DNA of 64,000 nucleotides from a virus, in IMG/VR virus record IMGVR_UViG_3300033141_001941, positions 1 through 64,000 of that record, one strand, 5' to 3'. Positions 26,983 to 35,948 of this stretch are shown here, one piece after another. The position numbers and the translations under genes are program-made. The notes beneath the pieces were generated by a model. It had not been told where the DNA came from. It did not search any database and was given only the letters and a program-made list of their open reading frames with translations. Within the stretch, counting starts at the first letter, position 1; every line of letters starts with the position of its first letter.

Positions 26983-29900
26983 AGCCCCTCCACAACTACA
27001 TAGAATCCCCGTTTGCTGCCAACCTTAATCTTCCCCCATTTATTCTTAAGCTTATATATCGCATTCCTTACCTGTCCCTTCCTCAAACCAGTAGCACTTG
27101 CAATTTGGGACAACCCGACATTCGGATTATTCTTAATATATGAAAGAACAATATCATTTGTAGAACCGAGTTTAGCTACAGCACTCTTTATTACCTCATC
27201 TACGGTTTCGGGTATTTCATCCTTACGTACAATCTTACTTGCAACTGCTCTACCTAATCTCAAATGCACGCTCTCATTTGTAGGAACAGGCATAAACTTC
27301 TTTTCCAGAAATTTAGTAAACTCTGGATACTTCTCCCTCGCAAGAAACCACTCTTGTATACCCGCTAAATTTCTAGAATCACCAACTATCTTAAGATCCT
27401 CGGCGGCAGCAGTAATAAACGCAGCACCCCTAGCCCGCCGGTTAAACCAAACATCAAAGTCTTCAATGTCCTTCCCAAGACCCCCATATCTAGCATAATA
27501 TGCTGTCCTACTATTATAATAAGCACTGTATCTCTGCGCCTGCATAGATATCCATTCATGCCCTTCTCCAGAAAGTAGATCATAATGTCTACCTTCGTAT
27601 TGATCAATCCATTCGTCTTCCCAATAGATATAATCGTATTTCTTACCAGACGGATGCCGGTACAATAGACGTCTGCCAGTAAGACGACGTCCAAACCATT
27701 CCCTAAATGCTTCTCCCTCAGAAGTAGTCACATAACCATTATCAACCCACTCGCCACCGCCCTGTACCAACCATCTTACTTTATTGCGACTGGATGACCA
27801 AAGGTTATCTAACGCATGACCAAATTCGTGAGCTACAGTAATTTCATCACTTGCTAGAGTATATAACTTAATATATCCTGAACCACACGCCGCTCTATCC
27901 CAACCATCAATCCACATAACACGAAACCTACGCCGTTCAAGATCTGCCAACATACGAAAAGGCACATACATCGTTCCATTAACAGTTATATCTCTAAAAT
28001 GCTTGTCTCGGTTACCAACAATCATTCTACGCAAAATCTGCTGCCTATGTGTAACCTCTTTAGCGTAGTCAAGTTTAGAAACATAATCCACGTAGGTGTC
28101 AAATTCTTTTTGGGCTAATTTCCGCAGTTTCTCAACAGCAGAAGATGTATTGTATTTAAGATCATCATTTAAGACAACCCAAACTCTCCGCCTATTACCA
28201 GACATTAACGCAGCATCAGCATAAGACGGAACATCTCTACGTCTTATAGTTTCATCAATTAATGCATCCAGTTCTACCTTTGTTTTTCTCCATGTATCTT
28301 TCGCTACATCGACTTCAGCTACTCCCGTTTTTGTAACCTTCTTAGCAACACGAGCAACGCGCTTTCCAACTCGCGGCGCAACCGTACCAGAACTAACAAC
28401 AAACCTACCACGCCCACTAGTAGTTATAAAACCCTCTTTCTTCAGTTTGTACAAAGCGTTTCTAACTTGCCCATCAGCCAACCCAGTTCCTTCAACGATT
28501 TGTACCTTCGTTGCTTCAGGATTATTCCTAATGAAGTCGAAAACAGTTCGATTAACAACCCCTTTAATTACAACACCGCCTGCTTCAGACACCACACCAA
28601 TAGGCTTACCACTTAAAGAAAAGCCCAGCTCTTTTAGAGTAAGCAAACGTCCTGTTCTAAGATCAACTATATCTTTGAAGTCTATAATCCCATCCCGTAT
28701 CAAGTCGGCTCTGCGCCTACCAAGTATACGTCGCTGTATCCTCGGTGGCTGTGTAAGATACCATGAAGCATAATCTCCTTTGTAAAACTCTACCTTCTTT
28801 AACTTCCCGCCCATCATACCTATGCGGTACGCCCTATCAATAACTGGCTTGTATACCTTTTCTATCTCATCAATGTCCAATCCGAGTTCTCTATAAGACT
28901 TAGTAACAGGCAGCCATACACATCTACAGTTGCCACTCCAACAAACTTTACCGTTCTGTCTTACAAGTAACGTATGAAATTTCTCTAGCTGAACACAGTA
29001 AACAAATCCTTTATACTTTTCACGGGACTTTTTAATGCCTGTTTTGCCTAACACTGATTGTCTATTATAGCACTCTCGAATGACCCAAACATTGTGGTTT
29101 TGCTTAGCCTTACTACCACGTATTCTAATTTCACGCCCCTTATATAGTCTCAATCCAAACGAAGGACGTCTACCAACCTTAATAAGCAATTCGCCAATGT
29201 CATCTGCCATCTTTTTAGATGTAGTAAAATAACTTATCTCCGACCTAAAGTTAGTACAACTCTTAAACTCTCTTCCATCGCGGCTATACCCATCGCCCTT
29301 AGCATACGTATCAAGAAACAATCGTAAATGGTTTTTAGACAACATCTTTATCTCATCAGGAATGTACTTCTCAAACGAGTGCCCAAACTGTTTCAAATAA
29401 TTATATAGCACATGATCAACAAAAGAAATACTAGTATCACCAGTCACCACCCTAGCATTAGTAACATTACGTACTATATCAACAATAGAATCATATTGCT
29501 TTGGATTACTATTCCTATCCTGACTAATAGAAATATGACCGGCTCTAGTAGACACAATACTACCATCACTAAGCCACCAAGCCATAAACTGCACAAACCA
29601 TTTTGTAGATAGCTTCCTATCGCCAATCAAAACGTAAGACTTATCAGCCCCACTCCACTCAGAAGACCTATATATTACAAATCCCTGCCTGACGTCTTCC
29701 GCACAAACAAATCTCCAACCACACGCTGTACGTTTATGATTTCTAGGCTTCACAAACATACTATGATTTGGTGTAACAGATAACTCAAAGTTCCTACTAT
29801 GAAAACGTACTAACTCCCCCTCAAAAGGCTGTGCTATCGTAGCAACTACTGATACATACTCCAAATCAAGCGATTCAGGATTCAAAGATAGACACCGCTC

Positions 29901-30737
29901 ACCAAGCTTTACATCTTTTATCAACTTAAAGCCGTGATTAGTGTAGACCTCAACGTCATCGCGGTAACAGTTGGGGTGAAGAGGCATAACAGGGCGGTTC
30001 TTATCAGTAAACACCTCTCCGTCCAACGCAGCACAACGCGGGCACGTACCCCGTCCATCGGTTTTGTACCCAGCTTCCATGACAGACGACCACTCACGCC
30101 CTTTCACTATATCCGTGTTGGCATCATACACAGCGTTCATGGCCCCGACGTTTGCCGATTGCACATATGTACGAACAAGTGTCTCAGCTTCTTTTCTGCT
30201 TACATTATCAAATCCCTTTCGTATACGAGCTGCAAGCTCCCGATACCCCTCACCGCGCAAGACGCCAGCACCAATTTCATTCTTTATTCTGTCCTGCAAC
30301 TGATATGAAAAGGCTTTGTCTACCCATTCGCTAAGCAACGAGCCACCGACCGGAGTCTTAAGGAAAAACGACTTCAATTGATCCGCTGACACAGCCACTT
30401 TGTTTATACCAACCCTACCACCGAAGCTTATGACACTCTCATGCGCCTTCAGAGACTCCACACCAGCCGTAGCAGCAATTGTACCCACGTCATCGGTTAT
30501 CTTCAGCTTAACACCAGCAGTAAGACGATCTAATTCATCCAGCACATCGTTGGCCCTTTGTTCAGACCAACTTCCCTTCTTATACTTCCGCAGTTTAAGC
30601 AACGTGTTTTGCCTAGCAGTCGATATGCTTTTCTGCAACTCGGCTACGCTTGCATTAGAAAACTCATCCAACTTGTACGCCCACATAGTTTGCTGAGCTA
30701 TAAAGACCTGCCGAAGTATCTGCTCAGGAGTATCCAC
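26979..30737 (-). CDS. MuF / SPP1 gp7-like head morphogenesis protein with intein, two wHTH modules and an HEFGH zincin-like region
   Basis: 1252 aa. The hallmark MuF motif PLHPN-CRC is split by a 347-aa intein. Downstream are wHTH 1 (nt 28395-28541), VAHEFGHALDN (HExxH at nt 27816-27830) and wHTH 2 (nt 26982-27149). Confidence 0.8.
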   Translation of the reverse strand: MDTPEQILRQVFIAQQTMWAYKLDEFSNASVAELQKSISTARQNTLLKLRKYKKGSWSEQRANDVLDELDRLTAGVKLKITDDVGTIAATAGVESLKAHESVISFGGRVGINKVAVSADQLKSFFLKTPVGGSLLSEWVDKAFSYQLQDRIKNEIGAGVLRGEGYRELAARIRKGFDNVSRKEAETLVRTYVQSANVGAMNAVYDANTDIVKGREWSSVMEAGYKTDGRGTCPRCAALDGEVFTDKNRPVMPLHPNCYRDDVEVYTNHGFKLIKDVKLGERCLSLNPESLDLEYVSVVATIAQPFEGELVRFHSRNFELSVTPNHSMFVKPRNHKRTACGWRFVCAEDVRQGFVIYRSSEWSGADKSYVLIGDRKLSTKWFVQFMAWWLSDGSIVSTRAGHISISQDRNSNPKQYDSIVDIVRNVTNARVVTGDTSISFVDHVLYNYLKQFGHSFEKYIPDEIKMLSKNHLRLFLDTYAKGDGYSRDGREFKSCTNFRSEISYFTTSKKMADDIGELLIKVGRRPSFGLRLYKGREIRIRGSKAKQNHNVWVIRECYNRQSVLGKTGIKKSREKYKGFVYCVQLEKFHTLLVRQNGKVCWSGNCRCVWLPVTKSYRELGLDIDEIEKVYKPVIDRAYRIGMMGGKLKKVEFYKGDYASWYLTQPPRIQRRILGRRRADLIRDGIIDFKDIVDLRTGRLLTLKELGFSLSGKPIGVVSEAGGVVIKGVVNRTVFDFIRNNPEATKVQIVEGTGLADGQVRNALYKLKKEGFITTSGRGRFVVSSGTVAPRVGKRVARVAKKVTKTGVAEVDVAKDTWRKTKVELDALIDETIRRRDVPSYADAALMSGNRRRVWVVLNDDLKYNTSSAVEKLRKLAQKEFDTYVDYVSKLDYAKEVTHRQQILRRMIVGNRDKHFRDITVNGTMYVPFRMLADLERRRFRVMWIDGWDRAACGSGYIKLYTLASDEITVAHEFGHALDNLWSSSRNKVRWLVQGGGEWVDNGYVTTSEGEAFREWFGRRLTGRRLLYRHPSGKKYDYIYWEDEWIDQYEGRHYDLLSGEGHEWISMQAQRYSAYYNSRTAYYARYGGLGKDIEDFDVWFNRRARGAAFITAAAEDLKIVGDSRNLAGIQEWFLAREKYPEFTKFLEKKFMPVPTNESVHLRLGRAVASKIVRKDEIPETVDEVIKSAVAKLGSTNDIVLSYIKNNPNVGLSQIASATGLRKGQVRNAIYKLKNKWGKIKVGSKRGFYVVVEGL
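28929..29969 (-). mobile_element. Intein (class 1, LAGLIDADG-containing) in the MuF-like protein, residues 257-603
   Basis: The N-terminal junction is MPLHPN/CYRDDVEVYTNHG (tgt codon verified at 29967-29969). Block B is VTPNHSMFV. LAGLIDADG-like motifs are FMAWWLSDGS and LDTYAKGDGY. The C-terminal block is VYCVQLEKFHTLLVRQNGKVCWSGN followed by CRCVWLPV (aac tgt verified at 28926-28931). Confidence 0.85.
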
Positions 30738-30741
30738 AACA

Positions 30742-31038
30742 CTAATTCCTGCTTATCACGCTGAACACATTAACAAAGAAAACCAACAGGTTGTATTCCC
30801 GTCGCAGCACCGTATCAACAACCGGATCAAGCCACCCATCATTGCATTTACTACATGTCAACACTGGAACACCCTTTACAATCTTACTTGCTCCCTTATA
30901 TTGCATAGTAATATCACGGAGGCTCTTATGTAACACACCACCACAGCCAAACGGACAGGAATCCCCAGACTCAACAGTATTATGTAATACGTCGCTTAAC
31001 ATGATTCCTACCACCTCGGGGCCGCCGTTTGATACCAC
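30742..31038 (-). CDS. YgiT/MqsA-type zinc-finger protein
   Basis: CPFCGGVLHKSLRDITMQYKGASKIVKGVPVLTCSKCNDGWLD matches the YgiT-type zinc-ribbon pattern. Confidence 0.5.
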   Translation of the reverse strand: MVSNGGPEVVGIMLSDVLHNTVESGDSCPFGCGGVLHKSLRDITMQYKGASKIVKGVPVLTCSKCNDGWLDPVVDTVLRREYNLLVFFVNVFSVISRN

Positions 31039-31399
31039 ACTTCTTTACTCGATTCAGAATGGTAATAGTAGACACATCAAACATGGCTGCTAATTCAAAC
31101 GTGAAAGTAGTTGGATAAATCGTCTTCCACATTTCCTTCTCACTGGAAAAACCGTTTTCAACAGCAACTCGATCCCAGAATGAATCTCTATACCGCCCAT
31201 AATTGCCGCGCCGTAGAGACAACCCACAACGCCGCATCCGGCTCCTGATTGTGACCAAAGAGTACCCAAATAAATCAGCCAACTCAGCTACACAAATACT
31301 ACCAAACACAGTATACCATAATTGACGCTCACTGACAAAGCCCAAATCCCGCGCGTGGCTATCCCACCTATCATCAGCTTCCGCCGTTCTGCCCCTCAT
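30980..31399 (-). CDS. Tandem-HTH DNA-binding protein (two ~60-aa repeats)
   Basis: An internal repeat is present: GFVSERQLWYTVFG...ELADLFGYSLVTIRSRMRRCGL versus GFSSEKEMWKTIYP...ELAAMFDVSTITILNRVKKCGI. Confidence 0.5.
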   Translation of the reverse strand: MRGRTAEADDRWDSHARDLGFVSERQLWYTVFGSICVAELADLFGYSLVTIRSRMRRCGLSLRRGNYGRYRDSFWDRVAVENGFSSEKEMWKTIYPTTFTFELAAMFDVSTITILNRVKKCGIKRRPRGGRNHVKRRIT

Positions 31400-32058
31400 A
31401 TTATAAGCCGATAAACCTCAAACGCTTCAGCAAAACGCGTTCTCACAAAAGACCCGTGAGTAATAGCTTGCGCTCTAACCAAATCGTTAATTATGATATC
31501 CGGCCTGCGCTTACTTTGTGATTCGTACTTCTCAAGAGCGGATACTTTCGTATCAAGCACATCATCACTCAGCCGCACAAACATAGTAGGAGCAAACTCT
31601 GTTGTATTGCCTGGAACTTCGTAACCAAAAACGCTGCTATGCCGAAAAGCGCGCATGGCTTCATCATGAATAACTCTATGATCCTGATGAATATCCCGAG
31701 CACAAGGAACAAAAACCACATCAGGAGCAAACTTGTTCTTCAGCTCTACCATCATATCCAATATCTCTTGTCTCTTTTCTGTAAACCTACGCACAGTAAA
31801 AGCGTCAATTACAGCCACATCAGATATACCAAGCTCAGAAAAAGCCGCGTAACACTCATCAACAAGTGTTCTGGAGTCAAAGCCAAAACCCTGCGGTAAA
31901 TTCTGCCACGCATTACAAAAAGCTATCGCTTTCACCTTCGCTCTATATATCTGCGCCACATGCAGCGTACCACCACAACCAAACTCTGCATCGTCCGTAT
32001 GAGCAGACAACGCCAAAACACGCTTACTACTCCAGCTCCAAAACGACTTATTCATCAC
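31396..32058 (-). CDS. PIG-L / LmbE-family N-deacetylase
   Basis: VLALSAHTDDAEFGCGGTL is the family signature (AHPDDxxxGxGG type). There is a later HQDH motif. Confidence 0.75.
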   Translation of the reverse strand: MMNKSFWSWSSKRVLALSAHTDDAEFGCGGTLHVAQIYRAKVKAIAFCNAWQNLPQGFGFDSRTLVDECYAAFSELGISDVAVIDAFTVRRFTEKRQEILDMMVELKNKFAPDVVFVPCARDIHQDHRVIHDEAMRAFRHSSVFGYEVPGNTTEFAPTMFVRLSDDVLDTKVSALEKYESQSKRRPDIIINDLVRAQAITHGSFVRTRFAEAFEVYRLII

Positions 32059-32594
32059 TTCACCCGCTTAGCCGGAATACCCACGTAAATACCAGGTGTA
32101 GACGTAGATTTGGTAACCACAGCTCCAGAGCCGACAACTGTACCAGCGCACAGCCCAACACCAGGGTTTATTATGGCTCCAGCTCCAATGTAACAGTTTG
32201 CCCCTATCACGCACGGAGCATGTTTCCCCTTAGCTGTTTCATGCAACAGCAAAGCGTGTGGCCCGATAAAGCTACTATTCCCGATCACCACACCAGGGCT
32301 TATAGTAGCTCTACACTTTATGATCACCCGATCATCAATAAGACAATCCTTTCCAGTGCGAACGTAGCTACCAATGTAGCAATCATCTCCAATACGAGTT
32401 CCCTCCCACAAATAGACAAAGTTCTTCACAACGGTCCGTTTGCCTATCACCACACCACGCCCAACAATAGAACACTTCCCAACCGTACCCATAGTATTAC
32501 CTACATCATCGCTTTGCATACTACCACCTCTCATCCCAAGTCTTAATCCATTTGGCAGGTGAACCAACATACACACCAGAAATAGCAGCATCAT
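32055..32594 (-). CDS. Left-handed beta-helix (hexapeptide-repeat) acyl/acetyltransferase, NeuD/PglD-like
   Basis: Repeated [LIV]G-x4 hexapeptides run throughout (IGDDCYIGSYV...IGNSSFIGPHA...IGANCYIGAGAII). The C-terminal GIPAKRV ending is also present. Confidence 0.75.
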   Translation of the reverse strand: MMLLFLVCMLVHLPNGLRLGMRGGSMQSDDVGNTMGTVGKCSIVGRGVVIGKRTVVKNFVYLWEGTRIGDDCYIGSYVRTGKDCLIDDRVIIKCRATISPGVVIGNSSFIGPHALLLHETAKGKHAPCVIGANCYIGAGAIINPGVGLCAGTVVGSGAVVTKSTSTPGIYVGIPAKRVK

Positions 32595-33297
32595 CAGTCA
32601 TAACAGCACCAGCTCCAATCATACACCAATCACATATCTTAACATGCGGCAAAATTATGGCTCCCATACCGATAAAGCAGTTGCAACCAATAACTGCGCT
32701 CCCACCGATGTTTGCTCCAGAAGCAACAATAGTCCTATCACCAATGCGAACGTTGTGCCCAACATTACAATTACTCCCTATGTGTACATCGTCACCAATA
32801 GTTGTAAAGTCAAAAACGGCTCTATGTATCACAGTATTGAGCCCAATTCTGCACCGCCTGCCAAACTCCACTCCACCAATGTGCTCCATAGCTACTACGT
32901 CACCTGTCATCTTACTCTTTACAATCTTCAGCCCAGCACCGATGAATACAGACCCTTCAGAATAATAAATGCCACGTACTTCGGGACTTCTTTTAGTAGC
33001 AACATCATTGTGAAACTGCACAAACTCAAATTCCGCATCTATAGACTCATATGAATAAAACCCCACATGAAAATCTCTACACATATTATCGAACTCAGAC
33101 AGCGGCGGGTGCACAACAAGCAACGGCATACTTGGCGCAACAACACGAGTACCTCTTACGAGCGAGACAAACGACTTTTCATTCTTAACGAGAACCACAG
33201 ATTTAGGAATGGGATTTTTGATGGAAGATGTAGCAAAATCTAATCTAAACTTCTCCACACACTTACGTATCTCACCGCTCACCCCTGATCCCTCCAC
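32521..33297 (-). CDS. Hexapeptide-repeat acyltransferase with N-terminal extension (LpxD-like architecture)
   Basis: IGDDVHIGSNCNVGHNVRIGDRTIVASGANIGGSAVIGCNCFIGMGAIILPHVKI are LbH repeats. Confidence 0.7.
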   Translation of the reverse strand: MEGSGVSGEIRKCVEKFRLDFATSSIKNPIPKSVVLVKNEKSFVSLVRGTRVVAPSMPLLVVHPPLSEFDNMCRDFHVGFYSYESIDAEFEFVQFHNDVATKRSPEVRGIYYSEGSVFIGAGLKIVKSKMTGDVVAMEHIGGVEFGRRCRIGLNTVIHRAVFDFTTIGDDVHIGSNCNVGHNVRIGDRTIVASGANIGGSAVIGCNCFIGMGAIILPHVKICDWCMIGAGAVMTDDAAISGVYVGSPAKWIKTWDERW

Positions 33298-33500
33298 TCG
33301 CTGCCCCGCACAACTTTGTCTTTCTCAAAGTCAAATAACTCCCTAATACACCAGTCAAGAGCGTCTACAACCGCTTCAGTTATAGCAAACTCAAACATCT
33401 TCTCAATATCTGCTCGTTCCTGATCGGTCAAAGATTTGCGTTTGTCCAACTCATCAGCAAATTCCCGCCGTGCAACGTGAACAAGCTTACTAATCAGCAC
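33279..33500 (-). CDS. Small hypothetical protein
   Basis: The track ORF is 33279..33581. The likely start is the GTG at 33500, preceded by AAGGAGGTG. Confidence 0.45.
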   Translation of the reverse strand: MLISKLVHVARREFADELDKRKSLTDQERADIEKMFEFAITEAVVDALDWCIRELFDFEKDKVVRGSEWRDQG

Positions 33501-33777
33501 TAGTATCACCTCCTTGATCTTCCTGCATCTCTTCCAAACTGATTTCATGCACACCAGACGCCCCACCACGTAACCGCGCAATCTCCTCGTTGCACTTCTT
33601 CACTATACGTTGCCTTACAACAACTGCTCTATGCCCCAACCCGCAAAACATACTTGGTGCAGCATTCACTATAGTATCAACAGACCCATCCCAATCATCT
33701 TTATCATACCTGTCAATCAGTTCCCTTAATAACACCCCACAAATAAGTCCAAATTCTTCCTGAGTAAACGAAATCAC
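33490..33777 (-). CDS. Small hypothetical protein
   Basis: 95-aa ORF. Confidence 0.45.
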   Translation of the reverse strand: MISFTQEEFGLICGVLLRELIDRYDKDDWDGSVDTIVNAAPSMFCGLGHRAVVVRQRIVKKCNEEIARLRGGASGVHEISLEEMQEDQGGDTSAD

Positions 33778-33784
33778 AACCTCT

Positions 33785-34000
33785 TCACCACCTTTCCGCC
33801 GTTATGACACCATCCCACTCCATCCAGTATTTCACATTTGGCCCTTCCATTATACACCATGGCGGCGGCTCAGTATAAAGTGTTATAACAGACGGAGAAA
33901 GAGACTCCACCCGCAGCAAAACGATAACACACGCAAAAACTGCAAAACAAAACACCTTAATCGCCTTCAACAGCCAAACCAAACGGCACATACCCATCAA
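33785..34000 (-). CDS. Small membrane protein
   Basis: 71 aa with the hydrophobic segment LLKAIKVFCFAVFACVIVLL. Confidence 0.4.
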   Translation of the reverse strand: MMGMCRLVWLLKAIKVFCFAVFACVIVLLRVESLSPSVITLYTEPPPWCIMEGPNVKYWMEWDGVITAERW

Positions 34001-34814
34001 TTATATCTTTCCAATGATCGACTACATCCGGGTGTACTGCATCGTGCTCCGTAGACTGTAATCTTCTTTTTGCTTCTTTCTGCACCCACTTCCATGTGCT
34101 TCTTGTAATAGACATAAACATATTCCGATACTGCGGATAAAGCAAACACTCGTAGTTCAGCAGTCTAAGTGGCTTCCCATTATAACTAGAATCCCAACCA
34201 TCTAAAAACCACCAGTGAACAATACTGGCCTGAAATCCTGACAGCCCGCCTTGTGGAGACCGTTCGACTGCCCAAGCTGCTGCAACAGCCGCCGCAGCAA
34301 TAGCATGAACAATTGTTCCATAATCATGCTTATAATCCTCGGTCAACTCCCTAATAAACTCCGGAAGTTGCTCAACGGTCATATTCTTTGCACGTTTGTA
34401 CCACTCCTTATGAACACCATCTGCCTCAGTGATCTTCTTCATACACCCCCCCCTTTTTTTCAAACCGCTTATAGCAGCAATTATTTCCGGTATCGTATGC
34501 TGTGGTAAGCCATTACCAGAACCGACACTTATAGAATCTATTACTAACTCATTAGAATCGTCGTCCGCACAAGTATCCATACAAGTTATGCAATTACTAG
34601 TAGTTCCAGTTTCATCAGCGGTTTTCACACGTTTTACAAAGTATTGCATAAAAGAGTCGGTTGGTTTGTCATAGATACGCACTTTTCTGCAACCATCAGT
34701 ATAACCCGTAACCGACACAACAACGTCCTTTTCCACCGCCACCCCATCGTTTACAATTACAAACGGAAAAAGACCTAATAACGGTAAACGCTTTAAAAAC
34801 TGCCGCCTATTCAT
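33957..34814 (-). CDS. Hypothetical protein with twin-arginine (Tat)-like signal and an internal A7G8 homopolymer tract
   Basis: The likely start is at 34814 (GGAGGTG SD; ATGAATAG overlap with the upstream stop). The N-terminus is MNRRQFLKRLPLLGLFPFVIV (RRxFLK consensus). The tract GAAAAAAAGGGGGGGG lies at 34446-34460. Confidence 0.5.
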   Translation of the reverse strand: MNRRQFLKRLPLLGLFPFVIVNDGVAVEKDVVVSVTGYTDGCRKVRIYDKPTDSFMQYFVKRVKTADETGTTSNCITCMDTCADDDSNELVIDSISVGSGNGLPQHTIPEIIAAISGLKKRGGCMKKITEADGVHKEWYKRAKNMTVEQLPEFIRELTEDYKHDYGTIVHAIAAAAVAAAWAVERSPQGGLSGFQASIVHWWFLDGWDSSYNGKPLRLLNYECLLYPQYRNMFMSITRSTWKWVQKEAKRRLQSTEHDAVHPDVVDHWKDIIDGYVPFGLAVEGD

Positions 34815-35157
34815 TTTTATACACCTCCAAGTATACCGGCAAACACCTCTTTCTTGCTTTCCTGAGTATATCAAAAGTACCACGACTTTTACCGTCCCAC
34901 ACAACTATTAAAGCATCTGCAAACTTCAACATCTCAGCATTCCTAATAAAGCCAGCAGCACGACCATATGTGTTCCAGTCTGCCGGGAAGCGCGATAATT
35001 CCACACCATTTATCTTTGCCCACAACTCCCCCAAACGATCCACACCCTTAGCCCCACCGGAAACAACCTCTGTTACATTGAATCCGGAGTTTATAACAGC
35101 TTTTTCTACAATACTATAATCAGTAATCGCTCTGGAACCAGCTATTATTACTCGCAT
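34807..35157 (-). CDS. DUF2493-like SLOG-domain protein
   Basis: MRVIIAGSRAITDY...VVSGGAKGVDRLGELWA...FPADWNTYGRAAGFIRNAEML...VVWDGKSRGT matches the DUF2493/SLOG pattern as I remember it. Confidence 0.6.
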   Translation of the reverse strand: MRVIIAGSRAITDYSIVEKAVINSGFNVTEVVSGGAKGVDRLGELWAKINGVELSRFPADWNTYGRAAGFIRNAEMLKFADALIVVWDGKSRGTFDILRKARKRCLPVYLEVYKNE

Positions 35158-35519
35158 TACTTACTCACGCACTCCTCCTCAAATGAAATATTAGCCACCA
35201 CACGCTCAAATAACTTCACAAGATGTTTTTCGATATACTCTCGATGTACAGCGCACACCCGAACCAAAGTCTCCCCCGCATCATCAAAAGCACAAGCACA
35301 CTGAACATTTCTGTCCTTTACAAGACCTGCTGCATATCCAGCTTTCCAACCCCTAATAAACTCGTCACCTTTGATCTTATGCAGTCGTAATATAGCAGCA
35401 TTCAAAAACTCTGCTTCAGAATAAGTAGAAACTTCCCCAAACCCTTTAACCCAATCGCCGGGCTTAAGCCCAAGAGGTTTAGCCTTCTTATCAAAAATAT
35501 CGTAAATGCGCTTACTCAT
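35157..35519 (-). CDS. Hypothetical protein
   Basis: 120-aa ORF with ATGA-type coupling. Confidence 0.5.
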   Translation of the reverse strand: MSKRIYDIFDKKAKPLGLKPGDWVKGFGEVSTYSEAEFLNAAILRLHKIKGDEFIRGWKAGYAAGLVKDRNVQCACAFDDAGETLVRVCAVHREYIEKHLVKLFERVVANISFEEECVSK

Positions 35520-35522
35520 AAC

Positions 35523-35834
35523 TTACCCACACATCTTATAGCCGTGTGCAGTACCATCGAGCGCCCCAAAGTGCCTATCTGCTCCTATCCAAAGGGCGTT
35601 TAGGCTCTCATACTGCTTAGCGATATACTCCCGAAACTTACAACAAATCTTATAAACAATCAAATAGATCATAAAACAAAAGCACCGCACGCAAAAGTAA
35701 AGTGCTAGCAACCTAATGCCCAGCACATCTACAAAAATAACCGCCCACAAACAAACAGCGAGGCAGAACGTCAGAATAAAAATAACAAGGCAACAAAACA
35801 GTAAAAACAGAAACCACTCTCTATATCTATTCAT
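35523..35834 (-). CDS. Small multi-pass membrane protein
   Basis: ATG at 35834. The sequence is MNRYREWFLFLLFCCLVIFILTFCLAVCLWAVIFVDVLGIRLLALYFCVRCFCFMIYLIVY... The C-terminus ALWIGADRHFGALDG echoes VIWLGADRHFAAIDD in the PhoD-like ORF. Confidence 0.5.
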   Translation of the reverse strand: MNRYREWFLFLLFCCLVIFILTFCLAVCLWAVIFVDVLGIRLLALYFCVRCFCFMIYLIVYKICCKFREYIAKQYESLNALWIGADRHFGALDGTAHGYKMCG

Positions 35835-35858
35835 GACAACCAACCTTTACCAGCACGA

Positions 35859-35948
35859 CTACAAAAATAACTGCCCATAAACAACTAGAATAAAAAGAGC
35901 AAAGTAACAAAACAGTAAAAATAGAAACCGCTTTTCACGCCTATTCAT
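35859..35948 (-). pseudogene. Truncated tandem duplicate of the N-terminus of the membrane protein (29 codons)
   Basis: My translation is MNRREKRFLFLLFCYFALFILVVYGQLFL*. The DNA segment 35851-35955 is a diverged copy of 35721-35850. Confidence 0.35.
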
